Shown: positions 37,051 to 50,109 of the stretch, piece after piece
Position numbering within the stretch: the first letter of the stretch is position 1
How the letters are laid out: each line of letters opens with the position of its first letter
Origin: Octopus sinensis
Taxonomy: Eukaryota
Direction: 5' to 3'
Assembly: GCF_006345805.1 (NCBI RefSeq)
Contig: NC_043003.1
Coordinates: 30,814,001-30,878,000 of the forward strand
DNA length: 64,000 bases
Translations under genes and position numbers: made by a program
Notes under the pieces: model-generated
Databases searched by the model: none
What the model was told of the DNA's origin: nothing
Seen by the model: the letters and a program-made list of their open reading frames with translations, nothing else

Positions 37051-38919
37051 TTGGTTTGCTTATGCTCTGTTGTTTTCTTTTTTTCCATTATAGTATGGCT
37101 GAGGCAAGCTTGCTATACGGCAAATGGGATATGATTGGTTACTTTGTGAGAAATTATCATCTAAGGTTTTAGACAGTCTTCCATTGGAATACCTAGCTTA
37201 CCTTCTGCTTTTACTTGCATTGTGTTGACATTTACCAATGAAAACCACCACGACTCTCTTCACACTAACAAGAGAACTAACTATGTGGTTATTTAGTATG
37301 TAAGTATTAGCAGCCAAATCTCCAAGTTGTCCCCTACTGTTTTAAAAAATCAATGCAAAAAGCAAACAAACCAGTATGTTCCTAGTTAAAATGACTTTGA
37401 TCATAGGTCTGCTCAGTCAAAGCTAACAGGTTAACAAACACCATTGCTAGTTTCCATGTATCCTAGTGGTTACATTACAACATACATACTTTCCATATGT
37501 TTTTTTTTTCTATGTCATCTTTTCCAGTTATGAGGCTCACTCTGGCCACTTCCTTGATCTCCCTCCACTGTACATTGCTAATTTCCTTCCTTTCATTAAG
37601 GTTATGTATTTGGTTTGCATTTAATTTTCTCTTTTGTTGCTGCTCTTGTTGTTGCAGTAAACTAACACGGGTTGGATGATTCTGGAAAGTTATATATATT
37701 TTCAAGTTATTCTTATTTGTGTATGTGTGTGTGTGTGTGTGGGATGTAAATTTTTTTTTCCTTTTTGTGGATGAAAACATTTTCTAATTTTAAGCAGTTC
37801 TGTCTGAAAATGAGTGAGTGAATTTCTATGTGCTCTATGACCTCCTAGAAAAGAAAAATAGCAGCCAAATTACACACAAATCATACCTAGCTATCTTATG
37901 TAAGGATAAGGATTACTTAATTTAGTCCTAAAAAACAGGATGGGTCACACTTGCAAAGCCTTTGATCACGAATTGCTGCACTGGGTTTAAACAACAAAAC
38001 AATCATTCATCCATAAAGTAGGACCAGTACATTTCGTGTGAGGTTCATTTATTTCTTGTGATTCAACTAGCTTATAGCTGGAAATATTAAGATTTCCAGT
38101 TATTTATAGGATAAAATGAATTTGATTTATTATGGAGCTTGGGTAGAACGCTGTTTAAAAGTACTTTGGCAAAACATTCTATCTAGAAATTTCTACACTG
38201 TACCCTACTCTATGGTACAAATTTACTGTTAAATGGTTTGGTCAGATTTTCTCTTTTGGTTTTACTATTGAATCCAACAAGCAGTGTCTGTAACTTTTAT
38301 AGGCTTTTCCAGATGGGTGGGGTCGATTTAGTTGATGTTCAGCTTGAACTTTTACTGAGTGGTACTTGTGGATTAAAATGAAGGTCAGGAAACCAATAAG
38401 GAGGTCTCATAAGTGTTTGACTGAGCTCCTAAAAATAGCAACCAAATTTTCTTCAAATTACATTGTACCATCTATAATATAGTCATAGATATATTAAGTA
38501 TGAATAAATGATGATATGATTATGTCCAGTGTGCCTTTTAGCATAGTCCTGGGGATAACAGTAATGCTGTTAAGAAGGGAATTTCAAGGGACTGTAGTTT
38601 TATGATGGAAACATTTAGCAACATGTTTTATTGTAAGGATAGGAGGGATTAAACAATGTATGTTGAGAGGTGGATCTGGTGTTCAGAGGAATTGAAACCA
38701 TTGCTGTGTTGGATTATGACATGCTCGTGGAAGGACATTAACCTCTAATCATGTAGCTTATAGTCTTACTGCCTGTTGACCTGCAACAGTCTGCAGCCAC
38801 TTGTTGAATATTATGTTAGAATGAATAATTCTATCATATTGGCATGATATATACAGAAGGCAGCAACAGCTGGTGCTTAAAGTCCATTATCACTATTTAA
38901 GTAGAGGTTAACCTCCTGA

Positions 38920-39172
38920 CTCCATGACAATCTTTTCCATATTGTCTTATCTACTACACCCTACTTACACTCTTGGCCTTATTTTCTTCTCCATCATCTT
39001 TCTCAATCTTCTTTACCCAGTCATGTTCATCCTTCTTCAGCACATGGCTCAGCCATTTCATCCTATTTCTCTTTGCAATTTACATCATTGGCTATATTCC
39101 CATCATCTTCTACAATTCACTACACCTTTCTCTCTGTCAAATAACACTCTACTTGTCCAGTGAACCTTTCTC
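38920..39172 (-). pseudogene. RTE LINE ORF C-terminal relic
   Basis: RNRMKWLSHVLKKDEHDWVKK matches the RTE R.RLrWfGHV.R motif. Confidence 0.65.
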
Positions 39173-39261
39173 ATTTTTTATCTTCCCCACCATAAATCAC
39201 TTTATTTCTTATATATATACAAATATTTTTCTTCAGTTTCAGTGAAGTTCAAGGAAGAACC

Positions 39262-39475
39262 TTTTACATTTTACTTGTTTCAGTCATTGGACTGTGGCCA
39301 TACTGGGGCAGTACATTGAAGGGTTTTAGTCGAATGAATTGACCTTAGGACTTATATTTTTTTAATCCTGGTACTTTTTCTATCAGTCTCTTATGCCACA
39401 CTTCTAAGTTATGGGAACATAAACAAACCAATACTAATTGTCAAGCAGTGGTGGAAGACAAACACAGACACACAC
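39262..39475 (-). mobile_element. SINE family B, 3' half
   Basis: TTTTACTTGTTTCAGTCATTGGACTGTGGCCATACTGG. Confidence 0.75.
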
Positions 39476-39825
39476 ATGCATATTTACATTTATATATATA
39501 TATATATATAGATATATATATATATATATGTAAGTGGTTATAATCCAAGCTGTGTCCTCATGAAGCGCATCTGTATGTTTGCATTAATCAAATGTTTGTA
39601 TATAGACACAGAAGTTTGGTGCAGTCTTCTGTCTGGTCAGCTTATGTCAAACCATTCAACCCATACCAGCATGGAAGGCGGACGTTGAACAATGATGATG
39701 ATAGATGTTTTATTTTGAATGAGATGCACATAGCAATTGAAATTTCTAGTGAATTCTATTTGCAGAGTAATTACATATTTACATATCAAAACAGAGATTG
39801 CAGACTTATCCAGTCTTTTGTTTGA

Positions 39826-40212
39826 TAGGAGTGGCTGTGTGGTAAGTAGCTTGCTTACCAGCCACATGGTTCTGGATTCATTCCCACTGTATGGCACTTT
39901 GGGCAAGTGGCTTCTACTATAGCCTCGGGACGACCGAGCCTTGTGAGTGGACTTGGTAGGTGGAAATTGAAAGAAGCCAGTCGTATATCTGTATAGATAT
40001 GTATGTGTGTGTGTCTGTTTATCCCCTAACATTGCTTGACAACCGATGGTGGTGTGTTTACTTCCCCGTAACTTAGCAGTTCAGAGAAAGAGACCGATAG
40101 AATAAGTACTAGGTTTCTAAAGAATAAGTCCTGGGGTCAATTTGCTCGACTAAAGGCGGTGCTCCAGCAAAAAAAGACTGCCGCAGTCAAAAGACTGAAA
40201 CGAGTAAAAGAG
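39826..40212 (+). mobile_element. full-length SINE family B
   Basis: GGAGTGGCTGTGTGGTAAGTAGCTTGC ... GACTGAAACGAGTAAAAGAG. Confidence 0.92.
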
Positions 40213-40214
40213 TA

Positions 40215-40363
40215 ATGGGCTTCTTTCAGTTTCTGTCTACCGAATTCATTCACAAGGCTTTGGCTGGTCTGGGGCTGTAGTAGAAGACATTTACCCAAGG
40301 TGCAATGTAGTGGATCTGAACACAGGACCATATAGCTAAGAAGCAAACTTCTTATCAAACAGT
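40215..40363 (-). mobile_element. SINE family B 5' half, inverted relative to its neighbour
   Basis: GGGCTTCTTTCAGTTTCTGTCTACC...GTAGAAGACATTTACCCAAGGTGC. Confidence 0.8.
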
Positions 40364-41392
40364 CTTAACTAACATTTCTTTTAACAGTTCGTCAGAGGAG
40401 GAGAGTGCATAACTGGGTAAATGCTGATAATGCCCAACATGTAATATCTGTTGTAAAACTGTGGAGTGGAAGGGTGAAAAAAATTGGGGACCCGGTCTGA
40501 ATGTTTGCAACAAATGAAAACTCTACTGAAGCCCCCCCCCCCCAAAAAAAAATGAAAAAAAAAAAAGTGGTTGTGGATTTTATGAACCAGCCAGGTGACT
40601 TATTTCATCTTACTTTTAAATACTAAATAGTTAAAAGGTATTCTATAGGGAACCTCCATGTTTTAATAAACTTTTGTTTTAAATTTTCTACAATGAGAAA
40701 GCAGGGGTTATGCTCAAAGCTGTTTTATAATTTTACACTGCAGTCATTGAGGTAACTGGTTGTACTTGTTGATGATCAAAGAGTGCTGAGCTTCTTGTGA
40801 GCTAGACAAATTTATTTCAGGACTGAACCATTATGGTTATTGCATGAGCAAGTGTGATTCTGTGGTTGTGATTGTGTGTGCATGTTCAAGGTCAGCTTGT
40901 GTGTGCATGTGGGAGCTATGTGTGTACATAAATATAAACTTGCAGGAGTTTTTCCGTGTGTATGTGTAAGTATGTAATTTGTGTGTGGTGTGTGTATGTA
41001 AGTAGGTTGTGGGTGTGAGTATATGTGACATGGGTTGTAGACTGTGTGTATGTGCATGTATGTGTATCTGAACATGTGTAAAGAATTACTCAGATGTGGG
41101 TGGTGAATGGTAGATAGTATTGTTTTTTGGCGTAGGATGTTAGTTCATAAGTAGTTTCTTAGTTTTAAATTGATAATATAGTAGAAAATTGTATTTGTGA
41201 TTCTCAACATATGTCCATAGAAAAGTTTTGGTGGATTGGGGTGGGTGGATCGTTGATAAGGTTTTTATATTTGAGTACAAGGTCACTTTAAATATTGTCA
41301 CTTGCTAACCTGCGTTGGTGTGTGTATGCAGGTGTTGTGTGTATCTGAATTTGTGCACGAGTTTGTTTGTATCTTCATGTTATCTTCACGTG

Positions 41393-41435
<43 letters not shown>

Positions 41436-42952
41436 TGCACATGCTTATTTATATGTATGTGTGTGGGTGTGTGTGATATGCATTTGCACTATTCTAGGTA
41501 GACTAGGCCATATATTTTGTTTGGAGAAAGTTTCCCAAGTAGGATTTGGCTAACAGCTGAACAGAGAGAAGTTTTGTCTTATAATTGATTGGATAATCCC
41601 ATTAATTAAAAGTATCCAACTCCCTATTAATTACATGTGGTGATGTATCACATTGAGGTTATATGCACCAGGCTTCACATGAAGGTCCAACTTTTTATGG
41701 CATGAGTACAAAACAAAAAAAAAAAATTTAACAACACTTATTTTAGTGCTGTTGACACTGCCAGATTGACACTGCCCAGGTGTCAAAACCATAATGATAT
41801 CTGTGGGGCAGCTGATGATGGAGGTATGTTGGATTGTTGACATGACTGTTTTTGTATATGTGGAAAAGTATTATAACACATCCTTTTGATATATACACAC
41901 ACACATGCATGCACACACACATACACAAATCCTGTGGCAATCACAGAAAGCTTCTCCAGTGGGCCCAGCTACCATACCACATAGTAACCCAATACAGAGG
42001 AGTATAATGTAGAGTTCTATACAGCTGAAATCCAGGCGATCCAATCTATGAAATTATTTCTTAATAGTTGTATGGATCATAAAAAGCCAGGAGGTATGAG
42101 AAGTGAATATATTTATTTCACCACTTGATATTCATAAGATGATGGTTGTTTCACACCTTTTATCATGTAATAATTTCAGTGTATAATAAATTATTTTACA
42201 TGTCTGCATACATTTACAAACCAATGCAGATATAGAAGGCTAGCTCTTCAGATCAACAGAATATTATGGTTAAATCAATGCTTTAACTTGGCTGTGTACA
42301 AACAAAATCAGGATGTAAATAAATATATTCACCTCTCATATCTCCTGCCTTTTTATGATGTTGAACTGTTAACCTTTACACATTTTTGTCTCTCTCCGTT
42401 TCTTTTTTTTCATTCCCTCTCTGTTTTTTTCCCTAAATTCTTTCTGCCAAAGAGCATAGGGTTGAAAATTAAGACTTTTCCATTCTTCCTTAGTGTTATA
42501 CTAACACACCTGCTTGTTGTTCTTTCACTTGTTTTCATCTTTTGTTTTCTGTAAATTTGAACTACACACACACAAAGTTCTTTGTGCACAGTTAGCTATG
42601 TAATTGCTACTGGTGTATTTAGAACTCCACATAGTTTATTGTCATCTAGTCAGTTGGAAGCAATATGGTATGGTTACTACTATACTTATTAGAATCAGTA
42701 GTCATCAAATCCATGGCAAATATAGGAAAAATGTGATGATGATGACAATGACTTCACCCATTTCTGCTGTTGTTGTTTAAAGCAGGATAAGCTATGCTAG
42801 CCATAGTTATCATGCTGAACATCAGGTCATATTAAATGTTGTATATTGGAGATTGGAGAACAGAGATTCCAGGTATAGTGTAGTGAAATGCATCTCAATT
42901 GCAGCCCCATTACTTATGTGTGACCCTATCATAGTTTAGAATATAGGCTTAC

Positions 42953-43181
42953 TTTCTTTTACTTGTTTCAGTCATTGTAGTGCGGTCATGCTGGGGCACC
43001 ACCTTGAAGGGTTTAGTTGAACAAGTCACCCCTCATTACTTATTTTATGTCTGGTACTTATTCTGATAGTCTCTTTTGCTGACCTGCTAAGTTATGGGAA
43101 CCTAAGCAAACCTACACTGGTTGTCAAGCAGTGGTGGGTACAAACTCAGCGATACACACATATATACATGTGTGCATACAT

Positions 43182-43240
<59 letters not shown>

Positions 43241-43722
43241 CGACTGGCCTCGTGCTGGTGGCGCGTAAAAAGCACCATCTGATCGTGACCGTTGCCAGCC
43301 TCGCCTGGCCCCCGTGCTGGTGGCATGTAAAAAGCACCATCCAATCGTGGCCCGTTTGCCAGCCTCGTCTGGCACCTGTGCCGGTGGCATGTAAAAAGCA
43401 CCCACTACACTCACAGTGGTTGGCGTTAGGAAGGGCATCCAGCTGTAGAAGCATTGCCAGATCAGACTGGGCCTTATGCAGCCTTCTGGCTTCCCAGACC
43501 CCAGTTGAACCGCCCAACCCATGCTAGCATGGAAAGCGGACGCTAAACGATGATGATGATGATACACATACATACATATATTCTTTCACTTTCCATCTAC
43601 TCACAAGGTTTGGGTCAATCCAAGGTTACAGGAGAAAATGCTTGTCCAAGGTGCCATGCAGTGAGACTTGAACCCAAGACCATATGGGAAGCAAGCTTCT
43701 TAATCACACAACCATACCTGCA
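42953..43722 (-). mobile_element. SINE family B split by a family C insertion in its internal microsatellite
   Basis: 3' half at 42953-43155, 5' half at ~43585-43722. Confidence 0.75.
43241..43563 (+). mobile_element. young family C retroposon with three head monomers
   Basis: GTGCYGGTGGCRYGTAAAAAGCACC at 43252, 43314, 43378; (GAT)n tail; CpGs retained. Confidence 0.92.
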
Positions 43723-44165
43723 CATATCTGACTTGCTAAGAAGTTTTCACATCAGCATGAAATTTGCAATCATATGATTATGATGTGAAGTCCCCAGCCG
43801 CTTGGCCATGTCTTTGCTTATTTGGGTCTTAACATTCGGTTGTCTATGTATTGGTTCACTTAGATGTGACAGTATAAGGTACAAGATTTTCTGGTAATGT
43901 TACATGAAATTGGCTGGTCATAATCGTCTCGTAAAAGAGAGGATAGGTTATATTTATCTCTTGTATACTATATCATGAAATTTGATCCAAGTGTCAACTG
44001 TTCAAACCACTGCTTTTCCATCTCAGAAATCATGTACATTTTAACACTTGGATAGCTTTCTTTACTTTACTGGTTGTGGCTTGTGTGTGTGTGTGCATTC
44101 ATGTGTGTAAGATCTTGCCTGTGCAAGTTTTTGTTTGGATGTGTATCTATTCTATCTATGCTTAC

Positions 44166-44210
<45 letters not shown>

Positions 44211-44213
<3 letters not shown>

Positions 44214-44452
44214 TCATCATCATCATCATCGTTTAACGTCCGTTTTCCGCGCTAGCACGGGTTGGACGGTTTCGACCGGGGTCTGGAGAGCTCGGGACTG
44301 CCCCAGGCTCCAGTCTAGTCTGGCAGTGTTTCTACAGCTGGATGCCCTTCCTAACGCCAACCACTCCGCGAGTGTAGTGGGTGTTTTTTACATGCCACCT
44401 GCACAGGTGCCAGAGGGGTCTGGCATCGGCCACGTTCGGATGGTGCTTTTTT
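44211..44452 (-). mobile_element. young family C retroposon
   Basis: (TCA)n CGTTTAACGTCCG...GGATGCCCTTCCTAACGCCAACC. Confidence 0.9.
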
Positions 44453-44455
44453 TAT

Positions 44456-44819
44456 GGGGGGGGTGCAGAAATATAGGGGAGCACCAGTGGGAGGGGTGGT
44501 TCAGAGGACAGGTAATAGGCAAGTAGAACGTAGGATATCGAGAGAGGGGTAATGCATGGTGAAATAGCGTATTGAAGAGGGGGGTTCAAAGAGTAGACAC
44601 CTATAATGGTGGTGGGGGGGGTGCAGAAATATAGGGGAGCACCAGTGGGAGGGGTGGTTCAGAGGACAGGTTCTAGGCAAGTAGAACGTAGGATATCGAG
44701 AGAGGGGTAATGCATGGTGAAATAGCGTATTGAAGAGGGGGGTTCAAAGAGTAGACACCTATAATGGTGGTGGTGGGGGTGCAGAAATATAGGGGAGCAC
44801 CAGCAGGAGTGGTGGTTCA
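44456..44819. repeat. 158-bp G-rich tandem repeat, ~2.3 copies
   Basis: GCAGAAATATAGGGGAGCACCAG at 44465, 44623, 44781; units near-identical. Confidence 0.95.
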
Positions 44820-45709
44820 TATATATATGCTTGTATGTGTGTTTGTGTATATCTGTATGTCTCTGCTCTAGTGTAGGTCAGTGCATATTTATTGCTTCAT
44901 AAATATATTTACACCTGTTAATGTCTGAAATATTTTCTGGCTTCATCAGAGGAGACTCAATATTTGTGATGCAATCTTGGCTCTCTGGTAAATGGAGTGT
45001 TTCCTTAAGTTGTCAGAGATTGTTAGCCAATAAAATATCACGAGAAATGTTTGGGCAGCCTGTGTTGTTGTTAATGAGGTGTGACTGGTTCTTAATTTTT
45101 TTTTTTTTGTACTTCCTCTCTTGTTCACAATTCTAACTTCAACCTTTTCTTGCATATAGCAAAAAGCCCTGTCGAAAAACAAAACAAACTAGCCAATAAA
45201 AAAAACAACCTGTATATAAGACAATTTATTTTACATAATGTTACTAGTGTTATGTTAATTTAGCATTATTAGCATTCTTAAAAATCAACATTAAAGAAAA
45301 TAAGATACATCTAGCAAAAAACAACAAAGAAAAGCTCTTCAAATAATGGTAAAGAATTTTTCCATATTAAAACAAATGCCCCACTGGAATCTTCAGTTTT
45401 CTTTCTGGAATCCTAACATCCTTGGCAGGGAAATTTCCCCTGCCTGGTTAAAAAATAGGATGTTATCTATCATACAGGATGATTCCCATTGAACTGTGTC
45501 AGTGACTGTTTGATTCCTGATTAATCCAGCTCATTTCATTTCTTTCTTCATTTGTTTAGTCCCAGGTTAGCCCTAGTGAAGCAGACATGTGATCAAAGGT
45601 GTTCCAGCTATTATAACTCCATCTTTTCATACAACTTCAACTGCATTAATTAATGTATTGTTTCCATATTTTAAAGCAGTGTCTTCAGTTATTTTAGTTT
45701 GTCTTCATT

Positions 45710-46025
45710 TACACATTTCAGTCGTTGGACTATGGTCTTGTTGGGGCACTGTCTTGAAGGGTTCTAGTCAGCACTTACTTTATCGGTATCTTTTGCTGAA
45801 CTGCTAAGTTATGGAGATGTAAACAAACCAACTCTGGTTGTCAAGCAGTGTTGGGGACAAACACATACATGTTGTATCTTCCACACAGTTTCCACCCACC
45901 AAATTCACTCATAAGGTTTTGCTCAGCCCAGATCTTTAGTAAAAGACATTTGCCCAAGGTGCCATGCAATGGGACAGAACTCCAAACCAGCAAGCTTCTT
46001 AATCACACATCTATTCCTGCATCTA
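45710..46025 (-). mobile_element. SINE family B, diverged, inside a family E copy (45555-46080)
   Basis: Reverse-complement match; family E tail before and family E head after. Confidence 0.65.
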
Positions 46026-49000
46026 TGATACTCAAAATCCACTTCAGTGTAGTTTAGATGCTATTTCTTGTAGGTTGAGTACTGAATTTATAGTTTTTGT
46101 CAACAACTTGAGGAAGAATTAGTTCTGCTAACCTAAATTACTTTTTAAACACCATATAAAACTGAAACCTTCAGTGCTAACCCCTAAAACTTAAGGATCG
46201 TGACCTATTTTTATTTCAGTATTTACTATGGGGGTGTAGTGTTTATAGGGTTGTTTCTTTGAAAAGCTGTTTCCTCGTGTGTTCGAGGTCATGGGTGAAG
46301 TTGGTGTCAGGCTGATCTTGCAGAGCAAAATATTTTGGTATTTGGCAGGTTTAATGTTGCTCTGGTTCCTAATTCTAAGTCTAAGCCTATGTGTTTAACC
46401 CCCAGGTCACTCCTGTTGGAGGAAACCTATGTCCAAAAACATTTCAATAATGAACACCTCATTTTTACAAGCTTAATTAATTTTGAACTACATTATCCAT
46501 TATGTGGTTTTCTTGTTTTTAAAACTGATAGTTATTTGAGAGATTTAACTGATATTTTTAGCAGGACAAGCCACCACTTTGTGTGTGTTTTAGCAGTGGT
46601 TATGGTGGTAAATCCTCTATACATTTCATTTCCCTTATACAAGGTGGTGAGTGAAAGAAAATAATAGAATTCAGTTCAAATGAAGCATTACTAAAACAAC
46701 ACTCCCACAAACCCCACTCAAACAAAAATGTTTGTGAACTTAGGTAGAAGAGAAATTTAAGCCCCTTAAATGTATTATCATCTAGTTTTCTGAGGAAGTA
46801 TAAGAATTATATAGAATAATTGAAGTATAAAAATAATGTTTGCAATTTTAGATTAGAAAGTTAACTCTTGGGTGAAGAAGGACTATGATCTGGTTTTAAC
46901 TCCTGATATGAGTTATATATCATGCTTCAGTATTCCCTGCAACTGTGCTAAATGTTCATTCATGCAGCATTAGGGCTCTAGTTGCACCCAGTCAACTCTG
47001 CTTGAGAAAATCTATTCAGAGGCAAACAACATATTGGGTATACTGAAATTGCAGTTTAGTAAATAAGAGCATTGACAATTCAAAGGAATACGCTACCTTG
47101 AAGCAAATTAATATTCTGATTGAATGAAAGAGTCATTGGATTTGTAGCATAGAAATGATATATTCATTTTGAATTTAAAATAAGTTGTATGTGCATATAT
47201 AAGACATCCAAAGGAAGTCGGAAAATGCATTGATTTAATCATGGTATTGAGAGATTAAATCAAGACAAAATCAAAATTTCATGAATCTGTTCTGCCATAA
47301 AGAAATGTTTTGGCTAGTCCAAAATGTGCCCAAATTGAGCAACCCTATGATCATAAGTGTTCCAGCCATTAATATTTCAGCTGTTACTTTCAAACATATT
47401 ATGTCTATGAATTTTACATTATTGTGTCATGAGGGTAATTTAACCACTATTTCTAGAGAAAGAAAAGTAATTTATTTACTGCCTAGCATATTGCAACCCT
47501 CTCAATAAGGGATCAACACTAATGACTTAGTTTTTTGTTTTCTGAAATATTTTCTTGTTCTATATTTTTTAAACATGTTTAATGTGTAACTGATATCAAC
47601 ATTAAATTACATCTATGACATACCATAAAAGCATAATTAGTTCACAAACAAAAATTTCACTTGTTTGTTGATCACATGATATGTTTACATTCTTTCTATC
47701 CAATCAGGTATCAGTTTGTTGGTTGCTCAGAGTTATGTGTATAAGTACATACTCAGCCTTTTAAAATATTTTGTTTTAATGGTTTCAGAAGACAGGAAGA
47801 AAGCCTTCTGTAACTGATTGTACTGATGTGGTTGTTGCTCAGCTTTAACAGCTGCATGTCAACCCATTTAAGGAAAGATGATTGCTTAGGGAATTGCAAG
47901 GGGTTGACATCTTGTAGAGGAAGTATTGGGGAAATTGGTTTGTGTTAGGACTTGAGAGAGGGACAAGAAGAAGAGTCTCAGGTGAGGTTGAAGAGATGTC
48001 ACATGTAACTAAATTGCTCTGAGGTGTGTAGATGCCATTACAATAGTGGTAGAAGATAACACATATGGGTCTGTGGTGTGGGCTAGAGGATGGTGCATGT
48101 TAATTAGTGGGTCCTTCCTAACAGCTGGTTAGCTTTTGCTGATTGCTCCACTATATATATATGTGTGTGCACACACTGTTAGAACAAGTTTGTGTGCTTT
48201 GGTTGCTTATTATGTCATCACTTGTCACATCAGACCTTCTCTCTCTTCAGCTTTCCCTAAAAGACCTCCATCCACAGTTGTCACTTTCTAGCCTTTATGT
48301 TTTGTTTATGCCTCAATTATGAGGTGGGATCACACCCCATGATCTTTGCAGATCCTACTCCCATGAGTGCATGTGCCCTCTTTTACTTCATTGTATAATA
48401 CATGATATGATCTGAATTTAAAAAAGAAATCTACTTTAGTAGGCATTGTTGTCATCATGTTTGTCATTACCATTGTAGTGAATATTTCTTCCATCCTCGT
48501 CTTATTGCCTTTGCTGTTTCTTCTAACCTTCATCCTCCTCCTCTCTCTCTATCATTGCTATTTTACTTATTATTTCTCTTCTATCTTTTCCTCCTCCTCA
48601 CCTCTAGCTTGTTCTTCAATAGAACAAGGAAGGATAAGTAAAAGTATAAATTACTGTTTAGCTGAAAGGTAAGTTCTTTTCAGATTCAGAAAGCGACTGT
48701 GACCTGCTTTTTATTTTGTGTGTGCGTTTCTTTGTGTCACTTTGTGCCAGTGTCTTTAAGAAAAGGAACAACTGTCACACTGCATGCTTGCTTTCCTTTT
48801 TCCTATAAATCTGGTGCATTCTGCCAAGTCAAAAGAAACCAGTCGATATTTATGAAGAAGAATAATGAAGTTGGTAGAAAGGATTGACTGCTGAAGTAAA
48901 TGATTTAGTGTATTTAATTTCATCTGTCTGGATTATAGTTTCAAATCTTTCTAGGATCATATTTGCTCTTAATCTTATTGGATAATTATTTTCATACTCA

Positions 49001-49929
49001 TGAGTGTTATAATGTTTTTTTTTTTTTTTTTTGGTGATGTAAACATCATTCTTGTGGGACATTTCCCTACTTTTTACTAACTTGATAATTTCAATGTTAA
49101 CACTCTGTAGCATGAGCAATTTTAGAATCTTTGAGTACAAGAAACACAGTGTCTTTAATAAACAGCTTGAAAACTTTAAATAAAAATAAGCAATTAGTCA
49201 TCTAGTTAGGTTCAGGTAGTTTAACTGATGTCATTTTAAAAATGAAAATACAATTTTTTAAACTTGGAGATAGCAAATGTCTGTTGAATGTATTTCTCCT
49301 TAAGTAAAGGTGAAGAACCAAATCTATTCAGTGATCAAGTAACTAATTGATCTTTGAATGGATTCTGTTCTTTTCTCTTATTGATTTTTAAGAGAAACAC
49401 CTTTTTAAATTTTTAACCCTTTGAATTCTCAAACCACATGATCTGACTATCCAGTTTGCTTTTTCAATTCACACCATTAAAACCCATTAAAGGGTTTTTT
49501 TTTTCTTTACCTTTCACCTACCTTTGATTGCACCTTCCTTCTGTTTTGTTTACTTCTAAGTAGGACACTGTGTTCTCTGAGTTTGCTTCCACTCCCTCAA
49601 TAAATCTACTTGATTCACTCACCTACTTCTGTATCGCATCTGACAAACCTTATGCTTAAAACTCTTTATCTAGTCCTCCTCTACTATAACATCTGGTTGG
49701 AATTACTATGCCACTCAATGTATCTTCAGATATTCACCTGAATATTAATTCCACTCACCCCACCTTACTTCTTCCCAGTCTAGGAGGGTCTTTCAAAAGA
49801 TTATCAATTTTTGATCTTCTTCAAACTTGCAAATAAAGTGTGAAAATAGAACCTTTGATACTTTGCACGAGATTTTCAGACTGACACGTCTACTGCATCA
49901 ACAGAGTATCTGCAAGCTAATAATAGAAA

Positions 49930-50109
49930 CTCTACATTGTTACTAGAAATAGTAGGTAAATCTCTTTCAACTAATACTCTGTCTTGTTAAATTAAAGGAC
50001 ACATATTCATAAATTCATGGCCTGAATAAAGATGAGACAGTCCCACTTACAACACTTTTGATTATAGATTTTATATTCCACCAGGGTTGACTTGGGGCTA
50101 AACAACAAC
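49930..50109 (+). mobile_element. family E repeat (another at ~50415-50610)
   Basis: CTAGAAATAGTAGG...CAGGGTTGACTTGGGGCTAAACAACAAC. Confidence 0.7.

Noticed and set aside
42440-42480. Possible hammerhead relic (CCAAAGAGCATAGGGTTGAAAATT)
   Set aside because: Too many substitutions are needed to rebuild core and stems
43252-43410. Repeat-spacer-like pattern reminiscent of CRISPR
   Set aside because: The 'spacers' are homologous to each other, the context is a eukaryotic SINE, and there are no cas genes
43102-43573. Recurrent peptides such as LQLDALPNANH
   Set aside because: Translations of family C SINE copies, not a gene family
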